Below are positions 61,258-64,000 of a stretch of 64,000 bases of DNA, piece by piece. The notes under the pieces were generated by a model, which made no database searches, was not told the origin of the DNA, and was given only the letters and a program-made list of their open reading frames with translations. Position 1 is the stretch's first letter. Each line of letters opens with the position of its first letter. This DNA comes from Oculina patagonica (lineage: Eukaryota), in the NCBI RefSeq assembly GCF_052425735.1, contig NC_135763.1:14260001-14324000 (forward strand). The letters run 5' to 3'. A program made the position numbers and the translations under genes.

Positions 61258-62520
61258 GGATCTATGACATTTGTAATCTACTGTACGGCAAAAGTGTTAT
61301 TTTTACATTAAATTAAGTCCTGTTTGAAAAAAATGAAACAATATACTATAATCATCAACTTTCATTTTTTTGGACGATACTTAAAATCTGACAAACCTAT
61401 GACCCTAAGGAACCAAAGAACAAGAACAAAATACCCGACAAACACACCTTGCATTTCTTTCTTTATCTCTCTTCTCTTTTTTCAAAGCTGGTAGAGGATT
61501 TTTATAAAAAAGAAAGGAATATTATAGCTAAATAACAGATTATTGATTTTCTTTTTAAGGACAACTGGTGAGGGAATGTTTATTGTTTATTATATGTTTT
61601 AGATACCATTTGAACTAATGCACACCAGAAATACCAAATAGTCTGTCACATTTTGATACTTCAAAAGTGGTGAAATGGATAAAGACATAACCTTTAACAA
61701 AATAATAAAATAACACATAGAAATAACCATTAAAATGAACTTCTCTTTGAGCAGACCTTGAAAAGTAATGGTTATTTAGGAAACAGCTATAGAAATAAAC
61801 ATTTTCAAACTTACTTCCACTTCTGTTTTAATGTAAACCACATCTTGATATTTTTGTCTGAACAAGTAAAATAAGCAGATTAATATCTGATGACATTCTC
61901 TTTACTTGTTTAAGTATTTGACGAAAACCCCTGGGACCTCCATATCTAATGATGGACCTAGTAGAGAAACCCACTAAGCCAAGCAAAGGTGAAATATCTA
62001 AGGGGGGAGGGCGGACATTGTAATTTTAAACATCAGTTCATACACTGTCCCTTTCTCTTGTTCCTTTGGAAAGTAAACACGCTCAAAGAAGTGCCAGTCC
62101 TGGCAGATAACGTGGCTTGAGCTTGGCGCACACACCACAATGCCTTTTTCTGTTTGAGCATATACCAACATATCTGATGTAAAAGTATGCAGGTTTCTAC
62201 AGATTAATGCATGTACAAATACGATGACAAGTTAATTTCTCATCAGCCGGGCTTGCATAACTTTTTCAAATTAAATAATAATACAAAGGGAAAATGGCTA
62301 CTTACTTCATTTTTACTGGAGAAGCACTGGGACTACAATGGAATAAAAAAAAACAACCATTATAATCAGCAATACAGGTAAAGGGTAAGCACGACTGTGT
62401 ACACAGAATCCCCTACTTTTGTATAAAATAAGGTTAAAAGATTTTGATTAGGTTGAAAGAGTCTGATTTCCAAAACAACATGGGGAGTGTTAATATGAGT
62501 TAAGTCTTTAAGTAGCGAAT

Positions 62521-62695
62521 CTCACTTGTCATACCTCCTTTTAGTTTGAGTTCACTGTATCTTAAATTTGCGATGCTCTCTCTTGGTACGATTTTCTCAA
62601 GATTGTCCCTTGTACTGTCAACACTCGAATGAATGCTTAGTAGCCAAGCCTTGAAATGTAGAGAGGAATCTGGGCATCACAATACAAATATGGCA
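62521..62695 (+). repeat. Internal fragment related to the pogo/Tc2 element at 7313-8160
   Basis: CACTTGTCATACCTCCTTTTAGTTTGAGTTCAC...GAATGCTTAGTAGCCAAGC...TCTGGGCAT is homologous to about 7528-7727. Confidence 0.7.
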
Positions 62696-62803
62696 AATTT
62701 TCCTCGCGAGTTTTTGTACGTGACGGAAAGACATGCGTCGAAATGACCGGCTGCAAGCGTCACTGCTCAGCTTTGCAAAAAATAGAAAAGGCAGTAAACA
62801 GCA

Positions 62804-63707
62804 CATCCTCGGAGACCCAGGGGCAGTTAGTGGGGGCGACGTGCAGCTTATCGGGACAACGGGATTTTCGGGCGAAAGTTTACAACATAGAGCGTAACAG
62901 CCCCTGGGCACTTTGTCTTACCGAACCAGTTCCAGAAGCGTTTGAACTCCTTCCTCTTGATTGGCCACAAAAATATTTTTGTGGCCAATCAGCGAGGTTG
63001 ACCAGAAGAGCGACTCTGACGTCTTCTTACACGAAGTTGTTTTCCTCATAGACTCGACGTGGCTGTTAAGCCCGTCCATCGGATGATACTACGTGGGTCT
63101 CAGATAAAAAAAGCGAAACAAAAACAAAACAACGAGGCCTGGGAATATGTTAAATGTAGCATAGCGCAAGGAAACCAAAAGTTTTTAAAGCTATACGCGA
63201 GCACCTCTTGTTTATAAGTTTTGCTTTTGTTATTTAAATATCCAACAAATTAAACAAAAACCCGTTGTTTTAACTGTCAAGCTGGCAACAAAATAACAAT
63301 AGGTGACGACAGCGGTATCTTCGCTAACGCGTGGCCCGTGCAGTGAAGTACCCAGACCGTGGCAAGTTCCAGAAGTCGGGCAACGACGGGTCCTGACATC
63401 GACCGAGAAAAATAATAAGAATTGTTGTTTACTCAATTAACTATTAAAAAGCGCACAACTAACAGTGTAGAACTGGCAGTCGTCTAAGGCTTATTTTTTT
63501 CTGAGACTCTCCATGTAATAGCATCCGATTGATGGGCAGAGCATCCAGGCACGACGAGTCTATGAGGAAAACAACTTCGTGTAAGAAGACATCAGAGTCT
63601 CCTGGCCGGTCCTTGTCGCTGATTGGCCACAAAAATATTTTTGTGGCCAATCAGGAAGAAGGAGTTCAGACGCTTCTGGAACTGGTTCGGTAAGACAAAG
63701 TGCCCAG
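62804..63707. mobile_element. Non-autonomous long-TIR DNA transposon, right end truncated
   Basis: Starts CATCCTCGGAGACCCAGGGGCAG. About 62903-63060 is inverted at about 63550-63707. Confidence 0.75.
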
Positions 63708-63717
63708 AGTTGAGTTT

Positions 63718-64000
63718 GCCCTGAGTTGGTTTTATTTGCTATGGATTTACCGATTATCTATTGCCGCAAGTTGATTTTCTTTGGCCGTCAATAAAGTCGA
63801 ATTCTAATCCTTTAGCAGCCGTGAGAGTTTATTTCTTATTGCTGTGAGTTTATTCCGACTTTTAGCCTTACATTTTCTCGGCGGAAGAAATTCATACAGT
63901 ATAAGTGACGTCTTTCGAAGTGCTAAACGACGACAAAGCAAAAAGCTCGAACAAAATAAATTTATTTAAACAAACGTGCTCTGAAAAAACATGTTTACCC
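63718..64000 (+). repeat. Second copy of the repeat at 49460-49745 (runs off the window)
   Basis: Direct homology. Confidence 0.85.

Overview
This is AT-rich eukaryotic (animal) genomic DNA. The SINE and MITE families look like those of stony corals or other anthozoans; this is inferred from my recollection of these repeat families, not from a search. I found no intact host protein-coding gene, rRNA, tRNA gene or CRISPR array. The window is a nested graveyard of transposable elements (TEs). DNA-transposon remnants include an intron-rich Chapaev/RAG1-core-like transposase pseudogene and pieces of Sola1/2/3, Harbinger, ISL2EU, MuDR, Zisupton-like, pogo/Tc2, AcademH and Helentron-type elements. 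Retroelement remnants include Gypsy, BEL/Pao, RTE, L2/CR1 and a Penelope-like piece. There is also a Crypton with clear ends, an unusual tyrosine-recombinase gene with an N-terminal Ski/Dachshund-like domain, one two-LTR BEL/Pao element with nested insertions, and a local segmental duplication. The most striking global feature is orientation: about 20 of 22 orientable coding remnants, from more than 12 unrelated superfamilies, lie on the minus strand, often as short abutting fragments. That is the architecture expected of a flamenco-like uni-strand piRNA cluster transcribed from the plus strand, and it remains a hypothesis. Family assignments come from motifs recognised by eye, and many remnant boundaries are approximate.
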